DNA of 63,752 nt, filler included, from Catajapyx aquilonaris (Eukaryota): NCBI GenBank assembly GCA_000934665.2. It is 3 parts of 3 records of this genome, joined end to end, with 100 filler letters (N's around TTAATTAATTAA, not from the genome) between each part and the next. Parts side by side here need not be neighbours in the genome. Positions count along the whole stretch, not along the records: positions 42,595 to 63,752 come from KZ539481.1; 2 more parts are not named here. One strand, given 5' to 3'. Below are positions 52,690 to 63,752 of this stretch, piece by piece. Under the pieces are notes generated by a model that was not told the DNA's origin, did no database searches, and saw only the letters and a program-made list of their open reading frames with translations. Both the position numbers and the translations under genes were made by a program. Positions within the stretch are counted from its first letter, which is position 1, and each line of letters starts with the position of its first letter.

Positions 52690-53824
52690 AAGCTCTTTGG
52701 GGGATGCTGTAGTGACGTGAAACCCTGTGAGCTGAATGTGTTTAGAAGTAATGTTACAACTGATATGTGATCTACACTGGAGGAACAATTTTGTGATTAT
52801 TTTAGAGTGTTAGACCAAGAATATGCATGTTCATGTTTTCAGGAGAAATTAGGGTTAACGTAACTGGCGCAACAAACAGTTGAAAGTTACGTCAGTTACA
52901 ACTATTATATCTTGACTTTTCCATGGTTCTGCTATCTGGTAGCAGAACGTTACTACACCTACTTCATATGATATAATGACATAATGATCAACTTTCAATA
53001 AGCCATCTATCAGCCCACGATACAAGACTTCATTTTTGGATCTGTTACTGTGGAATTGGCCAGTAAAGTCAGTCATTTAGAAGATGAGCCTCTAATAAGC
53101 CCAAGCAGGCTTATCAGAGGGAGTCATATAACACCACCACCAACTCTAGGAAAAATAATTATGAATTTTTCCTACACTAGCTTGTCAGTGAAATACCATG
53201 GTTTTTTGCCCATCCTGTGTGCGTATAAACATATTTCTCAATGGGTGCAGCTTGCTGCAGAAACCTCCAGTAATATATTGTGAGACAGTATTTCAGCCAT
53301 GCCATAAACAAGACATGGAAGAAAGCAGACTGTGACATTATACAGAGTGTTACTAATTCAATTGATGAGAATTTTCTCCAGGAATTGTCCGCTAAGGGAT
53401 GTGACAGAGGTATCTCTATGTATTGCTCAAAATGAAAAAGCATAGCTTGAGTCATGGGCAGTATTATGCTACGATAGCCATAAGGCCCAATGGTGAATTT
53501 CCCCACATATACCACTCAGTTTCTCTTGTCCCTAGAGGCACTTATCCTGCATATGATGTCAAAAGGCAGACCGTGTGTAGAGTACACAAAGGGCTTAAAG
53601 TTCACTCTGATGGCTGAGGTTTGGTTGGGCAAGTGATGTGGCAACAGCGCAGTGGCAGGGAGGCTCTGCTGAGCTGATATGCTGGCTGCGTCCTGGCGGG
53701 GTATGGCCTAAGACCCACGTGGAAGGGGTGTGTGTGTGTGTGGGGGGNNNNNNNNNNNNNNNNNGGGGGGGGGGGGGGGGACTCAAAGCAGACTGGCATT
53801 ATGGGAGTAATGAGCAATTGACAA

Positions 53825-54182
53825 CAAACGGGGAGGCATGGTGGCAGAGTTGGTAACCACTTGGCTTGCTGAGTGGAAGGTCCCGGGTTCAATCCCAGCC
53901 CGCGAGGTCCCTTTTGTCTGCATCAGGAGGGTCTCTCTGACCCGTGCTTGGAGGCGTCTGGCAACCTTACCTCCAGGGAGACTGCACATGACCCAGTTTC
54001 AGACATTGCACCAGAACTTCCCAAAAATCCCCATCCCTACCTCATGTCCTTTCTTCCCTGCACAAAGTTCGAAGAAAATGTACAGAAAATTGATTGAAAA
54101 ATGGTGGTGTTCCACCCCCTTAAAAGAGCGCTGTCCTCTCTCAACGGGGTAAATATATTTTTAAATTTAATAATTAAACAAA
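53825..54182 (+). mobile_element. SINE family A
   Basis: Aligns with 15053-15396. 9-bp flanking repeat aattgacaa at 53816-53824 and 54183-54191. Confidence 0.85.
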
Positions 54183-54804
54183 AATTGACAAGCGATGAAT
54201 AACAGGGCATTTGTTCCATACACTTTGGATGTATGAGGGCCTTGTGGGATGGTGTAAGGTGGTGGGCCCTGTCGCGAAGTGTTAAACATGTCAACGTTGT
54301 GGAGAGGCAGCTTATGTGAACTACAGTATGACCCTGGTTGGTCACAGTTGTTTTGGGTGGTTCAGCCATATATTCGGAGTCTACGTGGTACCTTACATGG
54401 GCAGGTCAGGTCAAGTTAATGTGGTTTATAAGTATCCATGTACCCCCGCAAGCATAAAGATGGAGACGGCAGGCCCTTTTTTGACCTTTCTTTATCTGAC
54501 TCAAATTAATGAACTCTTTTTGGACCGAGTTAGCTACTTCAGGCTTGTGTTCGTGTATTTATGACAGTATATTTGATACCGTAATGGCTGAGATTGGCAG
54601 AGCAGCCTGCCGTCTCCATCTTTATGCTCGCGGGTGTACTATATCGCCCAAACAGATAGAGACGATTTTGCATTTGACTCAAGTGCAACTTGCACTTGAA
54701 TCAAATGCCAATCGTCTCTATCTTTTTGAGCGATATAGTACATAGCAACAGCAAAGGCATTCATTTCCTGAGAAAAGCGAGAATTAAATCACATTTCCCA
54801 CATA

Positions 54805-55387
54805 CAATAAAACTTCTATAAGTCGAACTTCCCTAAGTCGAAGTTCTCTATAAGTTGAAGAAAATTTTGAGCTTGGTTGGTCACAATGTAAAATAATAGG
54901 AAATAAACTTCCCTAACTCGAATTTTTATAACTCAAAGTTCTCCATAATTCGAATGGCAGGGCCTTATGATGGGATATTGATGTATTTTCAGTCTCCCTA
55001 AGTTTAAGTTCATGTTTGCGAGTAAGGAAAATTCTTTCATTTCCCAGCCGAAGGGTCGAGAGTACACCACATGTACGGAAAGGCTCTTTCCTGATCTCCG
55101 TCTATCGAAAGAAGTGTTTGACTATTGTGACAAGAGTGAGGGCCGATCTAAGAGTAGGCAAATGTCCATAACAGAGCTTTTTTTTACAACAAAACAATAA
55201 GGAACATCGTAGTGTGATAGTGACTGTTATTTTTAAGTTTTAAACATCTTTCATCACTGGATATAAAAGGTAGGTTTCCTTACAGAGTTCTGTGCTTAAA
55301 AAAATCTGAACTTCTCTAACTCGAATCTTCTATAACTCGAAGTTTTTTCCCGGTCCCATGGAGATTCGACTTATAGAAGTTTTACTG
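54805..55387 (+). mobile_element. pogo/Tigger-type non-autonomous element
   Basis: TA|caataaaacttctataagtcgaa ... ttcgacttatagaagttttactg|TA, with subterminal ct(c/a)taa(g/c)tcgaa repeats. Confidence 0.85.
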
Positions 55388-55584
55388 TATAATGAATTCC
55401 CATTTATAACGCTAATTTTGGGGAGTCCCTTGAAAAGCTTTATTATCGAGATTTTACTGTATCTCCACTTGCGCCACCCACGCCGGAAAATGTATATGGA
55501 GAAAATGAAAATTCGATGGAAGACAGGCCTAATCTTAAAACAATATCAAAATCAAGGGTGATGTTTCAAAAAGTTGCGTCAGCA

Positions 55585-55590
55585 TTTATT
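55585..55590 (-). promoter_or_regulatory. Candidate polyadenylation signal (AATAAA) of RPA1
   Basis: TTTATT on the plus strand, about 10 nt downstream of the RPA1 stop codon. Confidence 0.45.
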
Positions 55591-55599
55591 TCCTTGGCC

Positions 55600-58500
55600 T
55601 CATAGAGAGAGTTTTTGCAACAGTTCAAAAGAGCCAGTTCCAATGGAACTTGGCTTTCCAATGACAAGCTGTGACGATGGAGATTGCAAGCTGTCTGACT
55701 TCCCTGTAAGTAAATAATCCAAGTTAGATTTATTAACGCATGAATTTTTACAATATATACATAAATATTTCCTATTTCAGTTATCCCTCAAACTAATATA
55801 GCACTTCAGGTTAATAAACAGTTGAAATTGGAGTTGGATAAACAATTGGAAGGTTGATAATGCACAATTTTTGATGTGCAACTGCTAAGACATGACTAAA
55901 CATACTGCCCAAAATGTTAAGTATTCAGTTGTTACTACAGCACTAAACCACATGCATGATGTTTTTGAGAGTGAAAAAAATTTCAATTGAGTATTTACCT
56001 GCAAGCGTGGCAGACTTCAGGAAGCTCATGGCAGTCTCAAAACTCATTTGCTGCAGTGGTGCTGGGGAATGGCTCATTCCAAAGCGACTGAATGGTGAGT
56101 ACATTCCGCTGGTTGTCATATAATCAGCCACAAGTAAGAGGTGACGTGGATCCACTGTGATTCCATAGACACCAAATACACTTTGGATTTCCTGAAAAGC
56201 AGTTAATTAAATGACAAGACATGGGAAGAAAGACGAGGGAGTATAGTATCATATCAAGTGGTGAGTGTGATACAGCAGCTTCAACAAGAGAGTTTTTACA
56301 CTTTCCAGTGCAAAAAATGAGAGACATACAACAAATGGAAATGGAAACTGAACTTAATGCATTTGACTTAATACTTGTGAGGTGGACATGCCAGGCAGAA
56401 AGCCCTGGACCATGGTCTTATAATATTCAGGTCCCGTCACTCCCCCTCTGATCATGTCCGTTATCAGTTCACACCCGTAGGGAGGGTGGTTGATGACTAG
56501 GCGCTGCTGTAGTCCCCAAGAGTGTGGTGATCCTGGCTGCAGACGAAGCCTCCCAAATCGCCAATTCAAAATTGAATTGGCAGTTTGGGAGGCTTTGTCC
56601 ACCACCAGAACCCAAATTTAATAAAAATTCACATGACATGTAACAGTATTGTAAAATTGTTGCTCTGTTGGCAGGATACTGAATAATTTCAACATAAAAC
56701 ACTAATCACTTCTGATGAATGATGGGGCATGCGACTCCCACAAACTTCGCATGCGAGTATCAAATGGTACAGAAATCCATGCATACGCACCATATGAGAA
56801 ACTTTTTATTTTTATTTTTTAATAATGGATACCCCATGATAGGCCTCTTTGGGCCTCTTAGAGGATCATCTTTTGAATAACCATCTTTAATCAGTGCCTT
56901 TGCTGTGATGGATTTTGATTGTGGGAGGAAAAGGGAGAACCCCTAGAAAACCCACGCGAACACGGAGAGAACCCATCGAAACTCTATCCACATAAGTATC
57001 CTCCGTCCGACCCGGGGATCGAACTCGCAACCTTAGAGGTGGAAGGCTGTGGGGCTAACCACTCCGCCACCGTGTTGCCCTTGCACCATATGAGAACCTT
57101 TGCATCATAAATACACAAGTGTTCCCTGCCTAAGTTGATGATTTAGAGGGCGGACAGGGAAGAGTAGTCTTCCCCCAATGGCCATCGTGCCCACCGGGGT
57201 AAAATAAATAAAATAAAATAAAATATCTCAAGTGTAAATCGTGTGCAAAAGAGACAAATAATAAAGGACCTAAGCAAATGACTTACTAATCTATCAATGT
57301 CTCCAGTCTCCCCTCCTGAGATCGTCAATGTGGACAGAAAAACACCCTGTATTGATTGTATGTATTTCAAACTCACCTTGAGAATGACTCGGCCGGCAGC
57401 TTCTATGCCGTAATGCTCTGCAACAGCTTGGATGTCATTGGTGTACATTTTGTTCAATTGCAACATCTCGGCATACTTGAACATTTCCTGGAAAATAATC
57501 AGTGTAACAGTAACTAGTCATAATTACGTCAGAATGGCCTGGCTACTAACAATAAGAGTAGATTCAAATACCAAAACTTGCATATTTTCATTTGAACACA
57601 TGCGCGCATTCATATTTGAATACAGTGACCTGTTTACATTCCATGTCATGAAAGTGGATTTCAGAAACAGAGGTGATAAAATTTCCACCAGTATGAATGT
57701 GAGCTAAATGAAGGGTCGCCCCGAATAATGTTGTAAGTGACATTGGTTACAATAATCACTTACACTATTCGGGGCGACCCTTCAAATTCTTAAACACATG
57801 GTATAGCTGTGACATAGCCCTACAAATGTAATGTGCTTCCTATTTGGTGGCAGGATTGTGAACAACCACACTGAAGGTCTCAGAGAAATTAACCATAAAG
57901 AACCGAAGCAGTAGTGGTGTAGTGGATATGGTGTCCGACTGCTAATCGGGAGGTCCTGGGTTCGAGTCCCGGAGGCCGGCGTTCCTGACCTTGGTTTTCT
58001 GTGGTCTTCCAAGGTCACCCCAGGGAAATCCCAGGATCGTACCGTTAAATAGGCCACAGCCGCTTCCTTCCTTTCCCTGGAGGAGGCGCGGTGTTCGGTG
58101 GGGGGCTACCGGCCACGCCTAGGGGGGTGTCTAAGCTTGGCCCCCTGAGGGACTGCACATGGCCCCCACCACAGGACAATGCACTGCACCTTTGTTCCTC
58201 CCTCCCTATCCCTTCCCTGTCCCTGCACTGGTGAGATTGAAAAGTATAGAAAATGGAGGAGATCTCCTCCCCCTGCATTGACCAATTGGACTCAAGGGGG
58301 AACCAAAATAAATAAATAAAATAAATAAATAAATAAAATAAAATAAACCATAAAGAGGGAGAAATTCTTGCACCTTTTATGCAGGGTGTGGAAAAGGTGC
58401 ACACTTCCTCAAAGGTGCACACTTCCTCAAAGGTGCACACTTCCTCAAAGATGCACAGCAAAATATCTCCAGTTAATTTTGTAAATTTTGGCTTCATGAC

Positions 58501-61500
58501 AGAGAGTCACATCTGAAATCTTGTGATGTTACTGATGGTTTGTTCTGGCTTAAATGCTTGAGTGGGAGGGAATGAGTGGCAGGATAGATCCATGCAACAA
58601 TCTTGGCATCAGATCTTGCCACAAAAAATGTCTTGCTATCCTGCCCACGGCGTGTCCTTACCCTGTCCCTTCTGCTCAAGCATTCCAGTAAGCATAAGGT
58701 GTCATAATTTCATGGGGTTTCAAATGCAATTATCTCCACCATGGAATTGAAATCAACGAAATCAACCAGAGTAACGTCTTGGGATGCCTCAATGAACCTG
58801 AACCCAGCAGTAGGTGTTCACGTTTCCCATCATCCTGTATACAGCTAACATGTAGTAATAGTGGGGTGGTTTCACTGCTTCTTTAAAAAATCATCTGGAC
58901 ATTGCCTGCATACCTATACAGGCAGTTCCCGACTTACGATGCTTCGACTTACATAGAACCAGACTTGTTGGGCCTTTTAGAGAATCATCTTTTAATTAAC
59001 CAACTTTAATCATCGCCTATCCTGTGATGGGTTTTTGATTGTGGGAGGAAACGGGAGAACCTGTCGATACTCTATCCACATAAGTATCCTCTGTCCGACC
59101 TGGGGATTGAACGTGGGACCCTAGAGATAGAAAGCTGTCAGGCCAGTAAAGGGTATTAAATAAAATAAATAAAAAATAAAAGATAGAAAGCTGTGGCGCT
59201 AACCACTACACCACTGTACTGCCCCAGAATGTGAAATGCGCCGAAAAGTAGCCTACACACTTTCTTGTTTTTTACCTGCAAATAATCTGTCAAGTTAATA
59301 CTGTCAGCAGTTTACTGTGCATGCAGGCAAAGATTTGACAATGTTCAGACTTCCATACTAAAAGAAAAATGGATTTTTTCATTCAATTACTCTTACCACA
59401 ATGTTGATTCCATCGGTCTTGAGCATCAGCTGCCCAGTTACTGAATCAGGAATGACAAAAGCTCTCCTAATCCCTGCCACTTCATGAACCACAGCTTTCT
59501 CAGCCAGCATCTGCATTAGTGGGCCTAAGTCAAACCGTGTTGAAGTCACTGGAATCTGAGAGAGAGTTTAATTGGTAACTTTTGCACTTACTATCCAATA
59601 ACTACAACTTACAGAGAGAATGATTTCACACCACAAGTCCTCCTCCTCATCAAACGAGTAGTCCCCAACCATTGCATCTGAGTCCAAAACAGCATTAATT
59701 CGTCTTTTGCTCTCTCGTGTGGTGTAAAATGACATGTTGCGTGTGTGAAATGTCTGCAATACAATGGAAAAGAGGTTAAGAATTTTAAACAATGACATCT
59801 CAAATTACACAGCCATACACTGTCAAGAAAACCTTCCAAGTTGGACTCATCGATTGGTTCACTTTTCAGCAGTGTTTCATCCTCTTCAAAGCCTTCATCC
59901 CCTTCCAAGTCTTCATCACCATTGTCATCTGTTAATATCATTGCATTATACAGGGTGTATCTGAACTCAGTGCCCCGACGTATATGACTGCCTTCCTAGC
60001 CACCAGAGGATCGATTTCAGTATAGGTGTCATATGTCTGGGCAGCCTCATTACTGAGATACACTCTTTAGCGATTTTTGCCTAATCGCTCCTTCTGATTT
60101 TTAAATAGAATTTTCTGGTGTAACTAGCCAAAGAGGCCTTACCACCTGTGGGCAACAAACCAACAAAGTCCCGCCCCCAGACCTTCCAGAGCCTTCTGAC
60201 TGGGGGAGGGTTCGATGGGTGGCCTAACCGACAGGATATTTTGTACTACATGTTTGCGACCAATTATCTCAGTAATGCGGCGGCCAGACATAATGACTCC
60301 TATACTTAAATCGATCCTCTGGTGGCTAGGAAGGCAGTCATATACGTCGGGGCACTGAGTTCAGATACACCCTGTATAGAATTGGCACTTTCCCCAATGC
60401 CAATGAAATAGACTTGTGTCCATTGTAATGTAACTAAAACAATTAATGATCAGTGTTATTATTAATTGATAGACTTACTTGCAGGGACCATTTCTCCCTC
60501 TTCTGGTTCTTCATATTCATTTTCTTCTTGATGCTGTTTCTTCCTCTTTGCTCCTTTTGCATCTTCCTCATCCTGTGGTTAGCAGCATGTTATACCAGTC
60601 ACTTAAAAAAAAGGGTCAACATACCTCCTCATCAGCTGAACTCTGTGGATCATCCTTGCTCTCATTAAACACATCATCTCTCTCACTCTTTGTTTTACTT
60701 TCTCCTTCATTGTCTGCTCTGTCTTCCCCATCATCCTCATTTCCACTGACCTTCTGCTTATCATCAGCAGTGAATAAACTGTTGGAAACAGTTTGAAATG
60801 GTTATATTCACAATAATGGTGGAATATAAGGTTAATATGAGAGATTAATACTTATGAGGACAGTTCTATGCCAGTGATGTTATCAATGTGATTATGTTGC
60901 ATTCAGTGATATGGCACTAGGCTATTGTGCTGCCTATAAGCAGCACTTGACTAGTCACCATTACACTTGTAACATGTTGGATGCTCATTTTTTGTATATG
61001 TGTAGGAAATGTTTTTACAATCCTTACTATAATAATAATATAATGGATACCCCGTGATAGGCCCCCTGGGCCTCTTAGGGGATCATCTTTTGAATAACCG
61101 ACTTTAATCATTTGCCTGTAATGTGATGGATTTTGATAGTGGGAGGAAATGGAAGAACCCCGAGAAAACCCACGCGGACACGGAGAGAACCCATCGAAAC
61201 TCTATCCACTTAAGTATCCTCCGTCCGACCCGGGGATCGAACTCGGGACCTTAGAGGTGGAAGGCTGCGGCGCTAACCGCTCGGCCACCGTGTCGCCCTT
61301 AATCCTTACTATACCTGGTCACACATTTTTAAAATACACAGGACGTATGTGAATTCCTCTGCCAAAATGATACCGGTGGTAGGGGAATGCATATGGGTCA
61401 GAAAGCTGGCAATCATCCATTTTGGAGATGTCGACCTTTGACATCAACGATATCTAACCTTACAGGTGTGGATACCCCCGTGCATGCCTGCATTGCTGGT

Positions 61501-63126
61501 TGCTGGGGCCAGTGGCTCACACTCCCAGACCCTTGCTCCTCAAGCCTGGCCTGGCAACCAGTGATGCAGGCATGCACGGGGATATCCACACTTGTCAGGA
61601 TACACAACGTCGATGTCAACATTGTTGCCGGCCTTTCGGACCCATGCCATGCTTCTTCCATACGCACCTCCTACCACCCATATAATTTCGGCAGACGAAT
61701 TAGGGAACACGCTGTATATTGTGACATGTATGACCTGAAATGTCATTCTTGCAACCCCTAACTTGGGAAGCCCTGAGGGATGTTGTTGGTATCCAACCTA
61801 CTTAGGTGCTCTCTTGGTTCCATTTGCTTTTCGTATTGCGGCAATAAGCATATGCCTAATAAAGACATTCTCAACATATGTAAGAACATCTCTTGGAGTG
61901 ACACTGAATTCATCATTATAAGCCTCAAGCGGAAGAAACTCCATCTGAATCTTGCATACTCTTGTCCTGTGGAAGATGAATAAATTTACGTAAGATCATA
62001 ACTTTGCTAGCACTATTCAATCATACAGTTATACCATAAATGAACAGAGAGAGCTTAATTTGAAAGTTGGGGTCTACATATTGAATGAAATGTCCAGATT
62101 CTGCCAGTGCAATATACAGGGTATTCAAAGTTCATGTGGGGCCTTTTATAATAGTTATAGCTACAGGAAAGCTCCTGAAAGCCTCTCAGGGCCTGGCAAC
62201 CAATGCTTTGAAGTACCTAATACCATTTACTAACTGCCTAATTCATTATGTGAAGCTGTTTTTTTTGGTGCTTTTTTTTTTTTGCATTAACGTCCATGAA
62301 AACAAGGTACTGTCATCGACTCTGTGCTAAGAAAGACCTCAGGCTTAAATTGACACCACTCTTGTCCCCAATATTATCCAAAAATTATGATGAAATTTCA
62401 AATGACTGCCCACAATTACTATTTTCAGGTAACAGGTCGGTCAGAGTGGGAGTACAAACCGTCTTGACATATTTGAAAAGGGGTACATGACAAAAAAAGT
62501 ATGGGAACCACTGATCTAGCATACACTCTTTTTTCAGCCATGAATATCGGGATCACATCTTGATACTTAGGCAACCCCTGCATGAGAGGGAGTTGATTCG
62601 TTTGCTGCCTTTCCTACAAAATAGCTGTTGCATGGGTGGCTGTGTTTGTCTAGGGGAACCCTAATCATCAATGTTGTTCATGTCATTAATGTGGTTGCTC
62701 CCTCAACATTTTTCATCCCTGTATTTTTTACTTGTTTTGGGTCTAGAAATACACTTCCAACTGGATGACATTAGTAAGAAACACCCTGTATAAGAACTTG
62801 TAGCCAATAAAAATCATGAAACTCAGATGTGCAACTAACCAAGCTTTAACTTGAGGATGTAGCTCAAGTTTTTCTGCCACATGTATTTTCCTCAGCACAT
62901 TCTTAAGCCTGACTTGGTTGAGAGTTTTGCGCAACTTTTCTGCCTTTCCTCCAACATCAGGAATGTCACTTTTGAAGGGTATGTCCATACTTGGAGTCTT
63001 TATTTTCTTGGAAGCTGCCATTAGAACTTCTCTGAGGCGAGGGATACCCAAAGTCACATTCATTTCTCCTCGACCAGCAAAATGGAATGTGTTCAGTGTC
63101 ATCTGGGTTGAGGGTTCACCTATAGA
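55600..63126 (-). CDS. POLR1A: DNA-directed RNA polymerase I largest subunit (RPA1/RPA190), last ten coding exons including the stop
   Basis: Exons (minus) 63126-62840, 61966-61802, 60778-60625, 60572-60479, 59928-59819, 59753-59613, 59555-59397, 57487-57377, 56191-55999, 55703-55600, all phase-compatible. Motifs: [33 protein letters not shown] (Pol I-type trigger loop), an acidic expander-like region, [36 protein letters not shown], and [26 protein letters not shown]. Confidence 0.96.
56801..57082 (-). mobile_element. tRNA-derived SINE family C (V/Meta-domain-like core), RPA1 intron
   Basis: Minus-strand head GGTGGCGGAGTGG...GAGTTCGATCCC. 14-bp TSD gcaccatatgagaa at 56787-56800 and 57083-57096. 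Confidence 0.9.
57709..57784. repeat. Short hairpin element
   Basis: tgaagggtcgccccgaata...tgtaagtga / tcacttaca...tattcggggcgacccttca. Confidence 0.85.
57902..58345 (+). mobile_element. SINE family B, full length, RPA1 intron
   Basis: tRNA-like head, central domain and (TAAA)n tail. 11-bp TSD aaccataaaga at 57891-57901 and 58346-58356. Confidence 0.9.
58393..58457. repeat. 18-bp tandem repeat, about 3.5 copies
   Basis: (aaaggtgcacacttcctc)x3 followed by aaagatgcaca. Confidence 0.9.
58968..59225 (-). mobile_element. Older SINE family C copy interrupted by a 42-bp retro-insertion
   Basis: Aligns with 56801-57082 with an internal deletion. The insert 59139-59180 is flanked by the 14-bp repeat agatagaaagctgt. 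Confidence 0.8.
59951..60374. mobile_element. Young Tc1/mariner-type MITE in an RPA1 intron
   Basis: TA|cagggtgtatctgaactcagtgccccgacg...ggatcgattt: 67-bp perfect TIRs, imperfect out to about 110 bp, TA on both sides. Confidence 0.92.
61032..61300 (-). mobile_element. SINE family C, full length, RPA1 intron
   Basis: Head GGTGGCCGAGCGG...GAGTTCGATCCC. 13-bp TSD aatccttactata at 61019-61031 and 61301-61313. Confidence 0.9.
61438..61619. mobile_element. Foldback/MITE-like inverted repeat
   Basis: ttgacatc.acg...gtgtggata.ccccgtgcatgcctgcat..ctggttgc mirrored by gcaaccag..atgcaggcatgcacgggg.tatccacac...cgt.gatgtcaa. Confidence 0.8.
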
Positions 63127-63218
63127 CTGGATTGCAAAGAAACATTTTAAGCTATTTATTCACATTGCCTTATCAACTTGATTATGACAAAATATGCATA
63201 TGTAGTCCTTAATCCTTA

Positions 63219-63335
63219 TAGTCAGGACGTTAAGGGACGAAAATAGGGTCAACTGTGCATTTGGTGATAAAAGCATGAAAACTGGTACCATACGAATGTC
63301 CCTGAGTCCAATCCAGATATGGGGCCATGCACGTT
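63219..63335. mobile_element. End of an element related to the 8272-9476 foldback
   Basis: tagtcaggacgttaaggg...tgcatttggtgataaaagcatgaaactggtac...ccagatatggggcca shares the terminus and subunit motifs. Confidence 0.6.
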
Positions 63336-63752
63336 TTAGCCCCGGAGGCAAGTAATTGCGGATTGGCTACCTTGAAGCGAGTGAGAAGTCTTTTTCTGAG
63401 CGAACTATGCTTCTCAGGAGGATATGTGCCAAACAAAGGTTGTAGAGAAACTTGTATTCAACAAAAATGTATAGAGTACCTTTTCCATGTACAGTGCCCG
63501 ACATATTGATTGAATCACTTCCCTTGCGAGCCGATTTCCAACGTTATCCTGGCTATTCAGAGCAATCCCGCACAACATGTTGCGAAATAACCATGTCTCA
63601 GGGCCTCACCTGTATCAACATTTGAAAAAGAATTGTCCGTCGAGCGGGGTAGCTCACACGCCAGGATGAGCGAAACGGGTTCCGTTCATCCTGACGTGTG
63701 GGCCGCCCACTACACGACCTTGGTAGTAGAGGCTAGGTGAGGGGAGGTAGGG

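Noticed and set aside
53297..53409. Open frame between AG and GT (HAINKTWKKADCDIIQSV...)
   Set aside because: No recognisable protein family and no adjacent compatible exons; unsupported without transcript data.
58045..58497. 150-aa ORF with FEEVCT repeats
   Set aside because: Composed of an 18-bp tandem repeat plus antisense SINE B inside an RPA1 intron.
22941..63126. Filamin-ENPP-RPA1 as a functional cluster
   Set aside because: Filamin is on a different contig joined by an artificial spacer. ENPP and RPA1 are neighbours, but nothing in the sequence links them functionally.

Overview
Eukaryotic (arthropod-like) intron-rich DNA. The window is not one contiguous locus. It is three ~21.2-kb contigs (1-21241, 21342-42494, 42595-63752) joined by two identical artificial 100-bp spacers (N44-TTAATTAATTAA-N44). 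Contig 1 has no recognisable protein-coding gene and contains many repeats. Contig 2 carries 21 phase-consistent exons of a filamin (cheerio-like) gene, from the second CH domain through Ig-like repeat 13. Contig 3 carries the 5' five exons of an ENPP6-like ectophosphodiesterase (minus strand) and the last ten exons of the RNA polymerase I largest subunit (minus strand). Non-coding DNA holds three tRNA-derived SINE families that share modules and have 9-15 bp TSDs, TA-flanked Tc1/mariner- and pogo-type MITEs, a non-autonomous Helitron, a foldback element and several spacer-less palindromes. The best leads are a frame-preserving two-exon filamin cassette, the modular SINE network (including a SINE inserted in the anticodon loop of another SINE), and a possibly truncated ENPP. 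I see no convincing wholly new gene system.
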